From: Eukaryota sp. GEM-RC1
Lineage: Eukaryota
Assembly: GCA_040285855.1 (NCBI GenBank)
Contig: JAUFOQ010000017.1
Coordinates: 806,001 to 870,000, forward strand
DNA: 64,000 nt
Direction: 5' to 3'
Both the position numbers and the translations under genes were made by a program. The notes under the pieces are model-generated. The model searched no databases and was not told the origin of the DNA. It was given only the letters and a program-made list of their open reading frames with translations. Positions 52,870 through 63,334 of the stretch are shown piece by piece (within the stretch, counting starts at the first letter, position 1; each line of letters starts with the position of its first letter).

Positions 52870-53520
52870 AGATGCCAATCAGGTGGGGAAGATATTTCAA
52901 ACAAGCCCCAGCCATTAAAAGCTGAAGATCGCCAAGAGTTTGAGGCTTCTTTCAAACAACTTCAAAGGTTCTAATTCTACGGGCCTTAGTCAATGTGGAA
53001 GTTAAATTTTGCAGGAATTCCGGGAAGGTACGACCAATACTTTAAAGCCCATCGATGTACTTATCCGAGAACGTGGTTCTAAAGACTGCTGTCATTCGGT
53101 CTGGAAAACATCCGGGGACATTTTTCAAGCCAAAAGCAGCTCTTGTGTACTTGATTGACATCCCAGGTATGCAGATCGTCGTTTTGGGTTGATCTTCCTT
53201 TCGAATTCTCAACTGGTGGAAGGCGCTTTTGAGATCGATAGTAGCAATGTATTTAGCTTCTCGTAACAGCGTGAAGATTTCTTCTACCCGAGGAAGGGCA
53301 GTTTCAAAGGTGATACTCAAATCATTGATTTTTGTATAATCACCACAGAGGCGAGGGCGTCTATTGGGGTACTCTTTTAGTACAATGGGGCTGGAGTAGT
53401 CGGAATTCGAGGGAGCTAGTTCTGCTACTCACTGATCTATCAGATCTTGCATCACTTCCTTAGCAATAGCAAGCTTCCGTGGGTTTAATGGTCGAGGCCT
53501 CAAACTCAAGAGTTTGATTT
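52870..53520 (-). pseudogene. Ty3/gypsy reverse-transcriptase remnant
   Basis: PRPLNPRKL..YSSPIVL..RPRLCGDY..IATIDLKSAFHQL..YTRAAFGLKNVP; frameshifted, and the YxDD motif is decayed (YIDG). Confidence 0.85.
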
Positions 53521-54199
53521 CAACGTTCTCTAAAGGTGTTGAGAACGGAAACGTTAGAAAAGCATTTCTGTCTGCAAATGGACAACGAGTAGTATGACAG
53601 ACATATACAGATTTATATGACTCAAAAACTGACACAACAACAAAGAAACTGTTCTCATTTCTATTTTGATATAAGGCGCTTTAAACACAAATGAATGCAA
53701 TCCATACTGGTACAATGTAGTATTTAAAAGATATCAAAATGTCGTACATCTACTTTTGAACTACTGTAAAATTTGTCCAGTATACGATTCAATTATTCTG
53801 GAAAACTTCTATAAAATGAAAACACATTGCGATTGGAGTACAAAGCATATAGCATTATTGCGTTTTTTTTTGTGTGATTCACGGGTATCACAAAATGCAA
53901 AAAAGTGTGATACCCAAGTATGCTTGAAACAGAGTACATATACTCTTTTCGACAAGTATCAACAGTAATAAAATCTATCACTGCTTGACAACATGAAACA
54001 AACTGAAGAAATCACTTTCTGTGTATGATTTCAAAAACGTGGGATTCGGGCAAGACTTCCGTTTCATTCACGTGTTTGCAAGGATCTAGATACAATTTGA
54101 GAATCCGAAGTTACAATCTGATCGGAATCTGTTTCTTCAATTTACTTAGCACTTGTAGCAATCTCCTCCAAGAATAACCAATCTTTAGCTTCTTCTTCT

Positions 54200-54688
54200 A
54201 TGAATACATCCAACTTTCACAAAATACAAGAGTTCCATCGTGTTTTTGACCATCCTGTTAACACTACTCCCCGTCATGATCTACTTGAAGACGAATCCTT
54301 GATGCAGCTACGTAAAGACTTAATTGCTGAAGAATTTGAAGAGTTTCAAGAAGCTATTAGGGATCGCTCTCTACCTGATGTTGCAGATGCTATAGGCGAT
54401 CTTCTTTATGTTGTCTATGGTGCAGCAGCTGTTCTTGGTATTGATGCGGATAAAGTATTCGACCAAGTTCATACTTCTAATATGAGCAAACTTTGTGCTA
54501 CGGAAGAAGATGCAGTAAGTACAGTGAAACATTACAAAGAGGTTTATGAGCGTGATGTCGACTACAAACCATCAATGAATGGCAAATGGGTTGTTTTTGA
54601 CAAGAACTCTGGTAAGATTCTGAAGTCTGTATCATTCAAAACTCCCTGTTTCGATTATCTGGAGAACAACGAGAAATCAAACGATTAG
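54200..54688 (+). CDS. MazG-like all-alpha NTP pyrophosphohydrolase (phage/giant-virus type)
   Basis: IQEFHRVF..LIAEEFEEF..DAIGDLLYVVYG..FDQVHTSNMSK..GKILKS motif series; intact 162-aa ORF. Confidence 0.85.
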   Translation: MNTSNFHKIQEFHRVFDHPVNTTPRHDLLEDESLMQLRKDLIAEEFEEFQEAIRDRSLPDVADAIGDLLYVVYGAAAVLGIDADKVFDQVHTSNMSKLCATEEDAVSTVKHYKEVYERDVDYKPSMNGKWVVFDKNSGKILKSVSFKTPCFDYLENNEKSND

Positions 54689-54929
54689 AGATTCGTGTGA
54701 GTATATGTCACTATTACTAGTAGTTATCAATTGTTCTTTCTTTCTATTTTATGCTTGTGAAATTGTACTACGATGTTAAGAGAGATATTCTTCGATAATG
54801 TGCATTATTTATTCCTGTTTTCACTCATAATTGATCTCCTTTTCTTTGAATCTCCTTACACTACAAATGGTTTCCTTGATTTACAGTGTTTCTGTTCACG
54901 ATTAGAATATCCTTTATTGAAATCATAGC

Positions 54930-55136
54930 ACTTAGTCCCTAAGATGTGAGAAAATCCCGATAGATCAGATACTGTCAAGAAGTATATCAGAAAAATACGG
55001 TGTGGAAATTGTGGAGAGAACTGTGAATTTCATTCCAAATGCATAAGGGCATAACCCTTCACATTTTCATGAGATAAACCACAGTTGACAAAGTCCTCAT
55101 TCGCAAAGTCTTTTAAGACGAGCTAACTTCATAGAT
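54930..55136 (-). ncRNA. Candidate Fanzor omegaRNA (guide RNA scaffold)
   Basis: Immediately 3' of the Fanzor stop. Long nested hairpin at 55019-55086 and a second hairpin at ~54956-54993, both with G-U pairs that form only on the minus strand. Ends not defined. Confidence 0.5.
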
Positions 55137-58100
55137 TCAAGATTCCTGATCTTTCTGGTTTACGTTTACGTGTGAGTCCTTGGGTACATATTTCTTAGGC
55201 TTATTTGGACAAGTTGCTCTGTTATGCCCAGGTTGAAAACATATACCACACTTGTTAGGACCTCTGACTTTTGTTAGAGGACGCTTTGCCTTACCCTTAC
55301 CCTTACTCACAGTCTTTTTCTTAGGAATCTGATCTGTATTCCCGCCATCCACGACAGGTGTTGTTTGAGATTTTGGTCTCTCGAGGATGGCAGGTCTACC
55401 TTGACCTTGAATTGTTCCATTTACAATATTGTAAATATTGATAGCAGAATTGAAATCTCTATTCCAGAGGACATGACATTTAGCACATTCAACTAAGCCC
55501 CATGGTGAGACTTTGTTGTTCTTCAATCTTTCTTTCGAAAATGTCAACTGGTCTGTCCATTCTTCATCAAAGTTACGCTCCACAATATTGTCTAATTGAT
55601 TGTGTTCAATAATTTCCTTTTTAATTCTTTCTCTTCCTTCTGTAACTTCTTCTTCCAATTAGGATCAGTGACTTTGATCCTTTCAGGATTGGAACAGATA
55701 CCTTCGTCATTTCTGGAAACACATGCAGAGCAACATTTGCTGGTCTTAAATTCATCAACTAGGAACACTTTAAATCCAAATTTTCTCAATAATTTCCGAA
55801 TTGAAGCACCTTTTACAGTCGATGCTTTACCTCTTCTTCGACGAAAAGCAGTGTCGTTCCAGTCTCCATACCCAACAACGACTTCATCTGGGTTTCCAAA
55901 CTGGAGAGTAAATCTGTGAAGCATGTTTTTCTCACTTCGTTCCTTTCTTGAATACTGTGTTAAGCGTCTACGTCTAAACCACTTTTCTTCGTAAATTCCT
56001 TCAGTATTTCTTTGATCAGTAGTGGGTGATCGTAATAAAGAACAGGTAATTTCTTTACCAAGAACAAAAGCAGAATACTGAGTCAATTCACAAGATTTAC
56101 TACCTGGCGAGTTAGAGCCCCATTGATCTAAAATTTGTTGCCCATTTATGTCAATGCGTCTGCCATCTGGAATGTGAATAAATTGGGTAGATTATTGTTG
56201 TAACCGTTCAGATTCAGATAAACGGTGGAGATTATATCGTCTTATTTTCTTCTCCAGCTTCCTCTTCTTTCTCTTAGCTCTTTTTCTTTCCTTCCTTGTT
56301 TTTTTCTTTTCCATGGAGACTTTTTAATATCGGCATTGCGCTCCCCCAGCAGTGTATCTGAATACTTTCCAATCATCACGATTTTTCAACTTGACAGTTG
56401 ATGGTTTGTCAATAGTAGGTGCGTCTTTCCAATCCTTCAATTCCTTTTTTAATTTTTTCAAGCTTCCTTTTTTCTTTGATGATTTTGGAGAAATCTTTCT
56501 TCTTCTGATTTTGGCTGATGTATCGAAACCTTCGATTTCCTTTTCCTCCTTAGATTTTAAAGAAGCACAATACATCAAATCATGCTGATTAGGATCAATA
56601 GCAACAATTCTTTTGGATTTCAAATTTAAGTTTTGAATTTCTGTGGAACTCAAAGAATCAATGTACCTTTCAGTAGCTGTGTAGTCAACTGCTTTCACCT
56701 TCTTATGAGGATTTCCTCTCGCATCAAGCAGATCTTTCCGCATCATCATTAAATTACAGCTAACTCCATCTGTAGAAATAGAACTGTATTTGAAGTCATG
56801 AGACAATGACTTTGGAAGACACTTTGGTTTCAAAACTGAGTGCCAAATATCTTTTCGAACGTCATCAAAGCTACCTTTAATTTCTGATGCATAAACTTTT
56901 TTAAACCATGTAGTATCCAATCTGATATGATTAGGAATCAATGATTTTGTCAGAGGAAAAGGATTATTGGCAGTAACACCAGTACAAGAGTCTTCAACAA
57001 GACGTTTCAAATACACTGCATGACTTAAGAATTTCAAAGGATCTACTTTTTCAGCATAATAGATTGTTTTCTCCATTTTACCTTCAAAAAAAGTAAACAA
57101 ATAATTAAAAAATAGTAAACTCAGTCTAGAATTGGGATCAGGAAACATTTCAACATCTTGAAAATTAATTTTTGAAATTTCCCCATTAATGATCAACTGT
57201 CTGACTTCATTAAGCTTTGTACACAACTCTTGTCGTTGATTCTTATCAGTAAGCTTGTTAAGTCTATCTTTTTCAGGGTAACCAAATTAAATACTTGAAA
57301 AACATATTCGTGAAAGTGTTCACTCATGTTATTCTTGTAATTTGTAATAATTTCTGTAGCCATGTAATGCAATATAGGAGATAAACGATGGCTACTGGGA
57401 AACACAATCCTATCAAGTCCAACGGAATCAGCAGCTAGTTCTAAACGAGGAATGTAATGAAACAATAAGTGTTGAGCAAACTGATTTTGAGTTGAGCCAT
57501 CATTTGTGTTAGAAATTATGTTTGTTAACGATTCTTGTACAGTCTCAATATGATTCTGATTGTTTACAAGTTTGTTGTCCCTAATCGTCATCATAGACAA
57601 CACTTGTTCCATTGATTTCAACGTAAAAAAATTCTTCCAGTCTGGCAATTCAATTTTGGCAGTTTGAATTTTAGTCCAAAGGTCAGGTTCAGGTTTAGGT
57701 TCATCACTCGCATCTTCAATATTTTCTAATTTAATAGGAGGAGTAGCAGCATGGATAGACTCTGAAGGTACATCTGTTTCTTCTTCAGTTGACTCATCTG
57801 TATCAGAATTCATTTCTTCCTTAACAGTAGAGATGGGAGCCGGCTAAATTTAGCCGGCTCAGCCGGCTGTCCCAAATTGGAAATATTTCCAGCTGCAAGC
57901 CGGCTGGCTCAAATAACTTTTAGCCGGCTCAAGCCGATTATTGAAATTTCATTTTTGACAGCTGAAATATTTATAATTCGTTCATGAATTGATACAAACA
58001 TAACATTGCAGGACATTAAATATTAAAACTAAAGAATTTCTATAAAAATAATCTTTATCAACATTAGCACAATAATCAGCAGTTTACATTCTTCACATCA

Positions 58101-59418
58101 ATTTGCAATGGACATTACTTTGGTCTCTGACAATGAAGAACCTATAGAAGTATCTCAAAGCAACTCTTCCAACGACATAGTTTCCTTAGAACTCCTCAAG
58201 CCTCTTCCCAAAGATATTGCTCCTTTCTTCCAACAGGCGGCCAAGAAACTCCCAAATGGTGATATAGAAGTGCGTACTGAAACCATCGAATGTAAATTTT
58301 GTGTCTCTAAGCGCTACAAGTCATCGACAGCCACAGGTAACTTGCGTTCTCATGTGAGAAAGCACCATAATAAGCTCTATGAATCTGAAGTTCCTCCCCT
58401 TAAAAAGAGTCGACAAATAACTGAATATCTTCAGCCAACAGAACGCTCCTTCAAAAAAGATCCAAGTGGAGTAATTCCTCTCATTGTTGATCATATTCTT
58501 GCAGGAAGTTAGACATCCGCTATTAACACGCCTTCAGGAGGAGTATAGCAGTGAAAATGGAGGAAGAGAAGTGAGAAAGAAGACCAAATCCTTCAGAGCT
58601 AAGCTTAAGATCATCAAAGAATCTGTGTCCCAGAACAGTACCACAGATGAACGTTCTGACTCTGAGGATCTATCAGTTGAAAAGGAGTTAGATACGTATC
58701 TTTCTATGTTTTCGGCCGAGAATGACAATCCCTTAGATTGGTGGAGAGTAAACTCTGAAAACTTTCCTCTGATGAGCAAATTTGCAAGGGATATGTTAGC
58801 TGTTCAAGCGACCTCCGTTAGTAGTGAACGATTGTTTTCACAAACTGGTAACGTAATAACTAAGAAGCGTTCCCGGTTAGATGACACCACGGTAACTGCA
58901 TTAATGTGTTTGCGGTGCTGGCTTTTGAACGAAGAAGATCAGAAAGACGATGAGTAGAGTAGCGATAATTGAAGAATAGGGTAGAATTTATGTATAACAA
59001 TAATGAACCACATAAAACAAATCTATCAAAGAAAAGACACTGAAAGCATATGCTTTGACAAAACAGTTAAACAATAAATCTACATCAAACTCATTGCGGC
59101 TGAGCCGGCTAAAGCCGGCTTGAGCCGGCTAAACTATGTTGGAAGCCATAGCCGGCTAACTAGTACCTGCAGCTGAGCCGTGAGGAAAATTTGAGCCGGC
59201 TCCCATCTATACTTAACAGTTACATTTGGAACAGTAGCAGGCAGTAACTTCTGAATGTAACCTAAAATACCAGAATGGTGAAAATTATGAACAAAAAAAT
59301 GTTTCAAAAAGAGAGTACTACGGACTCTTACTTGGTGAGCTCTCTTAACACGAGATTCAATAAATTTAACCTTCGCTTTGGACACAACATTGTCTAGTCG
59401 TTTCTTAACCACTTTCAT
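55137..59418 (-). pseudogene. Fanzor (eukaryotic TnpB-like RNA-guided nuclease, Fanzor1-like), ~960 aa, disrupted by a hAT insertion
   Basis: N-terminal KVVKKRLDNVV..RVKRAHQVRVRSTLFLKHFF; FKYSSISTDGVSCNL; RuvC-I RIVAIDPN (D 56594-6); VVVGYGDW; RuvC-II FLVDEFKTSKCCSAC (E 55751-3); CAKC..WNRDFNSAINI (D 55455-7); C-terminal CGICFQPGHNRATC. Interrupted by hAT 57828-59211, two A-run frameshifts, and in-frame TAAs at ~56324 and ~56192. Confidence 0.93.
57828..59211 (+). mobile_element. Internally deleted hAT transposon (1,384 bp): BED finger plus dimerisation domain, no catalytic core
   Basis: TIR TAGAGATGGGAGCCGGCT / AGCCGGCTCCCATCTATA (1 mismatch); TSD CTTAACAG at 57820-57827 and 59212-59219; ORFs with CKFC..HVRKHH and PLDWWR..FPLMSKFARDMLAVQATSVSSERLFS. 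Confidence 0.96.
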
Positions 59419-61705
59419 TGGTGACTTTGAACGTAATGTTTGTTTTTGGGATCCAATAGGTCAGCCAACAAGTACTCAATCAGAGGTAATTGTTGAATTG
59501 AGTTGATCAACAATAGCGGTCTTGTCGATTCCTTGGCCCAAAGTTCATTTACTTTCTCCAAATTTCTTACAAATTTCTTTTTAATCTTATCGACCTTCAC
59601 TTTGGGATTGTCTGGAACTAAAACATTAATACTGTCAATTATGCCATGCAAGTTTTGGACATTATTGACCAATTGAACTTCATCAGGATCAGAGTCATGA
59701 TTAAGTTCTTCCAAGCGTTTGACAGTTTCATTTTTAGAAAAATTATTCATTTCAAGAAAAATTTGAACAACATTTTCCAAAAAACGGCCACCAGTAAAGA
59801 CATAAAAATTCTTCAGTACAGCATTCAAATCAAGACTAAAAAACGGACCAAAAGTTGTTTCCTTACACCATTTGTTGAACCAAAAGGGAATGTAGGGTTT
59901 AAATTCTGGAAAAGTAAACGTTGTATTGATTTTGAGGACTTGACAACGTGATACAAGAAAGGGAAATGTATCTAAGTGAAAGTCATAACTCACAAACAAT
60001 CGTGGACAATGTTGAGTAATGAAGGAAATGAAGTTTTTAACCATACTGGATTCACTATCTGAAATATGTAAAGTACACAAATCCAAGTTTGTAGTATCAA
60101 AATTGCCATGAGAAAATAAATGCTTTTCATTAAACTCATTGTGATCAATGATCTGGATGGAAATTGATACAATCGGATCAACAGAAGAATCACGTTTAAC
60201 TTCTAATTGATCTTCAGCTTCACCTTCAACAGTTTCAATGTAATCATCATCTTCTTGAACAAGTTGAACATTTCTGCCAATAATTCTTTCTTTTTGGCAA
60301 AATCACTTTGAACATGAATTAAACAAAAAGTTGGTAGATTGTTCCAAAGTAGAGGGGATTTAAGAAAGTCTTGAATTTGTATTTCTTCTTCTATAGGCTC
60401 AGTGTGTAGATTTACTTCCATTTTTTGGATTTCTTCTTGAATTGGCGATGGATACGACATAATGGAGGCCTGTGATTTTGGTGGTAGTTCAGATGGTGGT
60501 AGTTCAGATGGTGATGATAGTTCAGATTGTGGTAATTCCGATGATTCCAATGTGGACATACGGCGGTGAGTCTTTCGTATTGGAGTGTCACCAGTTGAAA
60601 CAAAGGAGCTGGTAGTTCTAAATTTATTTCGTTGAATTAAAGGTGAACCTCGTGGTGATGGAACATCTGAAATTTTGGCTTTCCTTTTTTTAGTGCTTAA
60701 ACCAGTAGATGTTTTAGTACTAGCAAGACGTGAACCTGTGAGAGGAATTGAAGTGGTTGGATGTTCTTTACCGGCAGGAGGTTGAATGGGTAACGATGGA
60801 ACAATAGGAGCTACTGTGGTTTGACGTTGTTGTAGATAAAGTGTCCTTTGTTGAGACAAGACCTCCAGAATTTCTTCACGAAATATGTCTGCTTGAAGTT
60901 CAATGTTCACTTGGACCAAATCAGACTCCATATACATCAGAGACGGAACATACATGAGTCTTTTAAAAAGTTCAATATATTTTTGAATATACGCAATGAC
61001 ATAAACTCCACAGTCGTTAGCAGACTGTGTTTTAGTCACAGGCACATAACGGAAAACATATTCCAATGGCATAAGTACTTCGGATAATATGTCGACAGCT
61101 GATTTTACCATAGACTTACTCATATCGACGGTAGTTAACATTGGATCAATGAAGATCCATTCCTTTTCACAACAGTCTATAATGGCTAAACCCCAATGAG
61201 AACCAGTGACACCTTCTCTGGAATAATTAGAATTTCTAGTCATGGTATCACTAAGGGGAACAAAGAGGTATTTGGAGTTTGTGATTTGATTTTTCTCAAT
61301 TTTCGTCAACAACCATTGATCTAGCGGGACATCTGGTGAAACAATGTATTGAAGCCATGTGGTCGGATGGATAAACATGCTTTCAAAGTCTAACCCTGCT
61401 TCTTGAAATATCACTTTACAGTACTCCACTATCGCTTCGTCATCAACCCATTGATTAGGATAAACTGAGTTTACGCCTTCTTGAGTTACGGGTCCTGGAT
61501 TGGATTCAATATCACCATCAGCGGTGAGGTCTTTTGGGAACGGAGGATGGGAAGGGATAAACAGGGGAGACGAGTACTTCATGGCAACAAATGTATGTGT
61601 TGATAAAACACAGAATGAACTGTCCTTTTCTAAACTCAACTGAGCCCGAAACCGTGCAATGGAGTCAGTCACAAGTTGAGTCAGATAAGGACAGAATGGC
61701 GGCAT
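59415..61705 (-). CDS. 2A-peptide-led Ulp1/SENP (C48) protease plus linker; probable N-terminal half of the Fanzor polyprotein
   Basis: DLTADGDIESNPGP (61490-61531), then WVDDEAI..LFVPL..GSHWGL..FIDPM..QSANDCGVYV (His-Asp-Cys). One added base at ~60300 joins it to ORF 59415..60086. Confidence 0.85.
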
Positions 61706-61827
61706 TATCGAAGCAACAGAAGCGGAGGCAGTGGAGGGAAAGAACTGTCCTTATCTAAACTCAACTGAGCCCGAAACCGTGTAATGGAAACAGTCACAAG
61801 TTGAGTAAGATAAGGACATGATGGCGG
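61617..61827. repeat. Two 86-bp direct repeats (61617-61702, 61742-61827), each a long hairpin
   Basis: 7 mismatches between copies; arms TGTCCTTATCT..ACTCAACT / AGTTGAGT..AGATAAGGACA. Confidence 0.9.
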
Positions 61828-61974
61828 ACAACATCTGTTTGGATGCAGAACAAACGACATTTATACTGTAGGAGGAAGGAAAATGAAATCCCACACAGAC
61901 TGTAATGGACATGTGTGTGTGAATTCACGTGTTAAAAAACGAAATCTGTAATAAAGTCTATATCAGAATTTCCC

Positions 61975-63334
61975 ATGTCCTACTCAATCTTCAAACTCAG
62001 AAATACTTCTGAACAAGAAAGTCGTTCCCGTACCATCAAAACATATATGAAACTTGTTGTAAAGCTTGCTGATAAGCATGCAGTTAACTTGTCACTTGTT
62101 CTTCTTCCTTATGGAACATACAATTCATGGAGAACTAAATCCATCCACATAACGGAAGTGTCAACATCTGACTTACCAGATGATCTTAAAAAGGGTACCA
62201 TGGATTTTTGCCTCAACTACAAATCAGCCGTTGCCATTGTGCTAGATGTTGATCTAGAAACTGTTCATCTCTTTCCTTTTGATGGTTCTTATGAGAAGCG
62301 TGACATATCTCTTCCACTTCCTTCAACAACTTCAACTCTAAATCATCTTAAGGATCTACTCAAAGACGTTAAACGAGTTACAATTGCTCGTTCCCCTCCT
62401 CCTCCTCAGCCTCAGTCTCCTCCTCTTTTACATGATTGTGACAATACTCGCTTTGACGATACTCCATCGCAAGTCGTTTTTCCTTCACCAAAACGTCGTA
62501 TTGATAACTTCGCAATCAATCATATTCATTCTATTTTCTCTGAACCATCTGAAATAGTTCCTGTTCCAGTCAGTGATAATGCTAATTTATCTAAACCTAT
62601 GAAACGCAAAAAACAACGTAACCCGTTGATTCTTTCTGTAGATTTAATCAGTGATCAGTTTTACATAAATTCAAAATTAAAATTTGAATTTAGTGATATT
62701 GAGAAAATGTTGACAAAGGATGATAGGGAAGGTAAAACACAACTCTTGTTGAGTTCTGAACTTGATTTCATTGTGATGCTTGCATTCCAAAAATTTAAAT
62801 CAAGGAGGTACAAATTCCTGCAATCTCAAGAAACTCAACAGTTGGCAGGTGATCCAATATGCTATGCCTTACATTCTGGTAAGGCTATTGTCGATACACT
62901 AAAATCAGGAAAAGAATTCTTGCCCCATTATGTTTGGTGAAAGAACATGTTCCTGGTGATGCAGGATCTGGTCATTGGATTCTTATTGAATTGTTTCTAA
63001 ATGAAGCAAATGTTTTATTATTCAATATTTATGATTCTTTGGATTATTCATTAACCACTGAATTAATCGTTAATCCTTTTAGAACTGTTTATGGATGTGG
63101 GGAAACAAATCTGTTTGCAAGATTACCAGAGTATAAGGTGGACTACTATATACCTTTTGCACAGTCAACATCGTCTCTTATCTGTGGATGGATTGTCTGT
63201 TTGAATGTTACTTTAATTTTACTAGGATTAATGGTTGATGCACGTCAGGAACAAAATCAGACAAAATTAAACACTAACAGATCAAGAAAAAATCTATGTC
63301 TTGTTATGTATGATCTACTTCAGAGTGTACAACC
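61975..63334 (+). CDS. Second Ulp1/SENP (C48)-like protease, C-terminus interrupted by a hAT copy
   Basis: ORFs 61975..62940 and 62934..63377 join with one extra A at ~62910, giving SGKRILAPLCLVKEH..GHWILI..IYDSL..AQSTSSLICGWIV (His-Asp-Cys). Confidence 0.75.

Noticed and set aside
41053..56326. Stop-codon reassignment suggested by in-frame TAA/TGA/TAG in gypsy pol and Fanzor
   Set aside because: All three stop types appear, only in decayed mobile sequences. Intact genes have no internal stops and end in TAA (DCC1, SEC8-like, DPM3) or TAG (MazG-like).
58108..58957. hAT ORFs as the transposase that mobilises the Fanzor
   Set aside because: The hAT is inserted inside the Fanzor coding sequence with its own TIRs and TSD and lacks the catalytic core. 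It is a later parasite, not the carrier.
59134..59211. C-terminal tail YRWEPAQIF.. of ORF 59134..59418, and RDGSRLNLAGSAN of ORF 62934..63377
   Set aside because: Both are read-through into hAT terminal sequence, not native protein.
61617..61827. Hairpin repeats as a CRISPR mini-array, hammerhead ribozyme or SECIS
   Set aside because: Only two 86-bp copies; no CUGANGA..GAAA hammerhead core in the right arrangement; no convincing SECIS quartet with apical AA.
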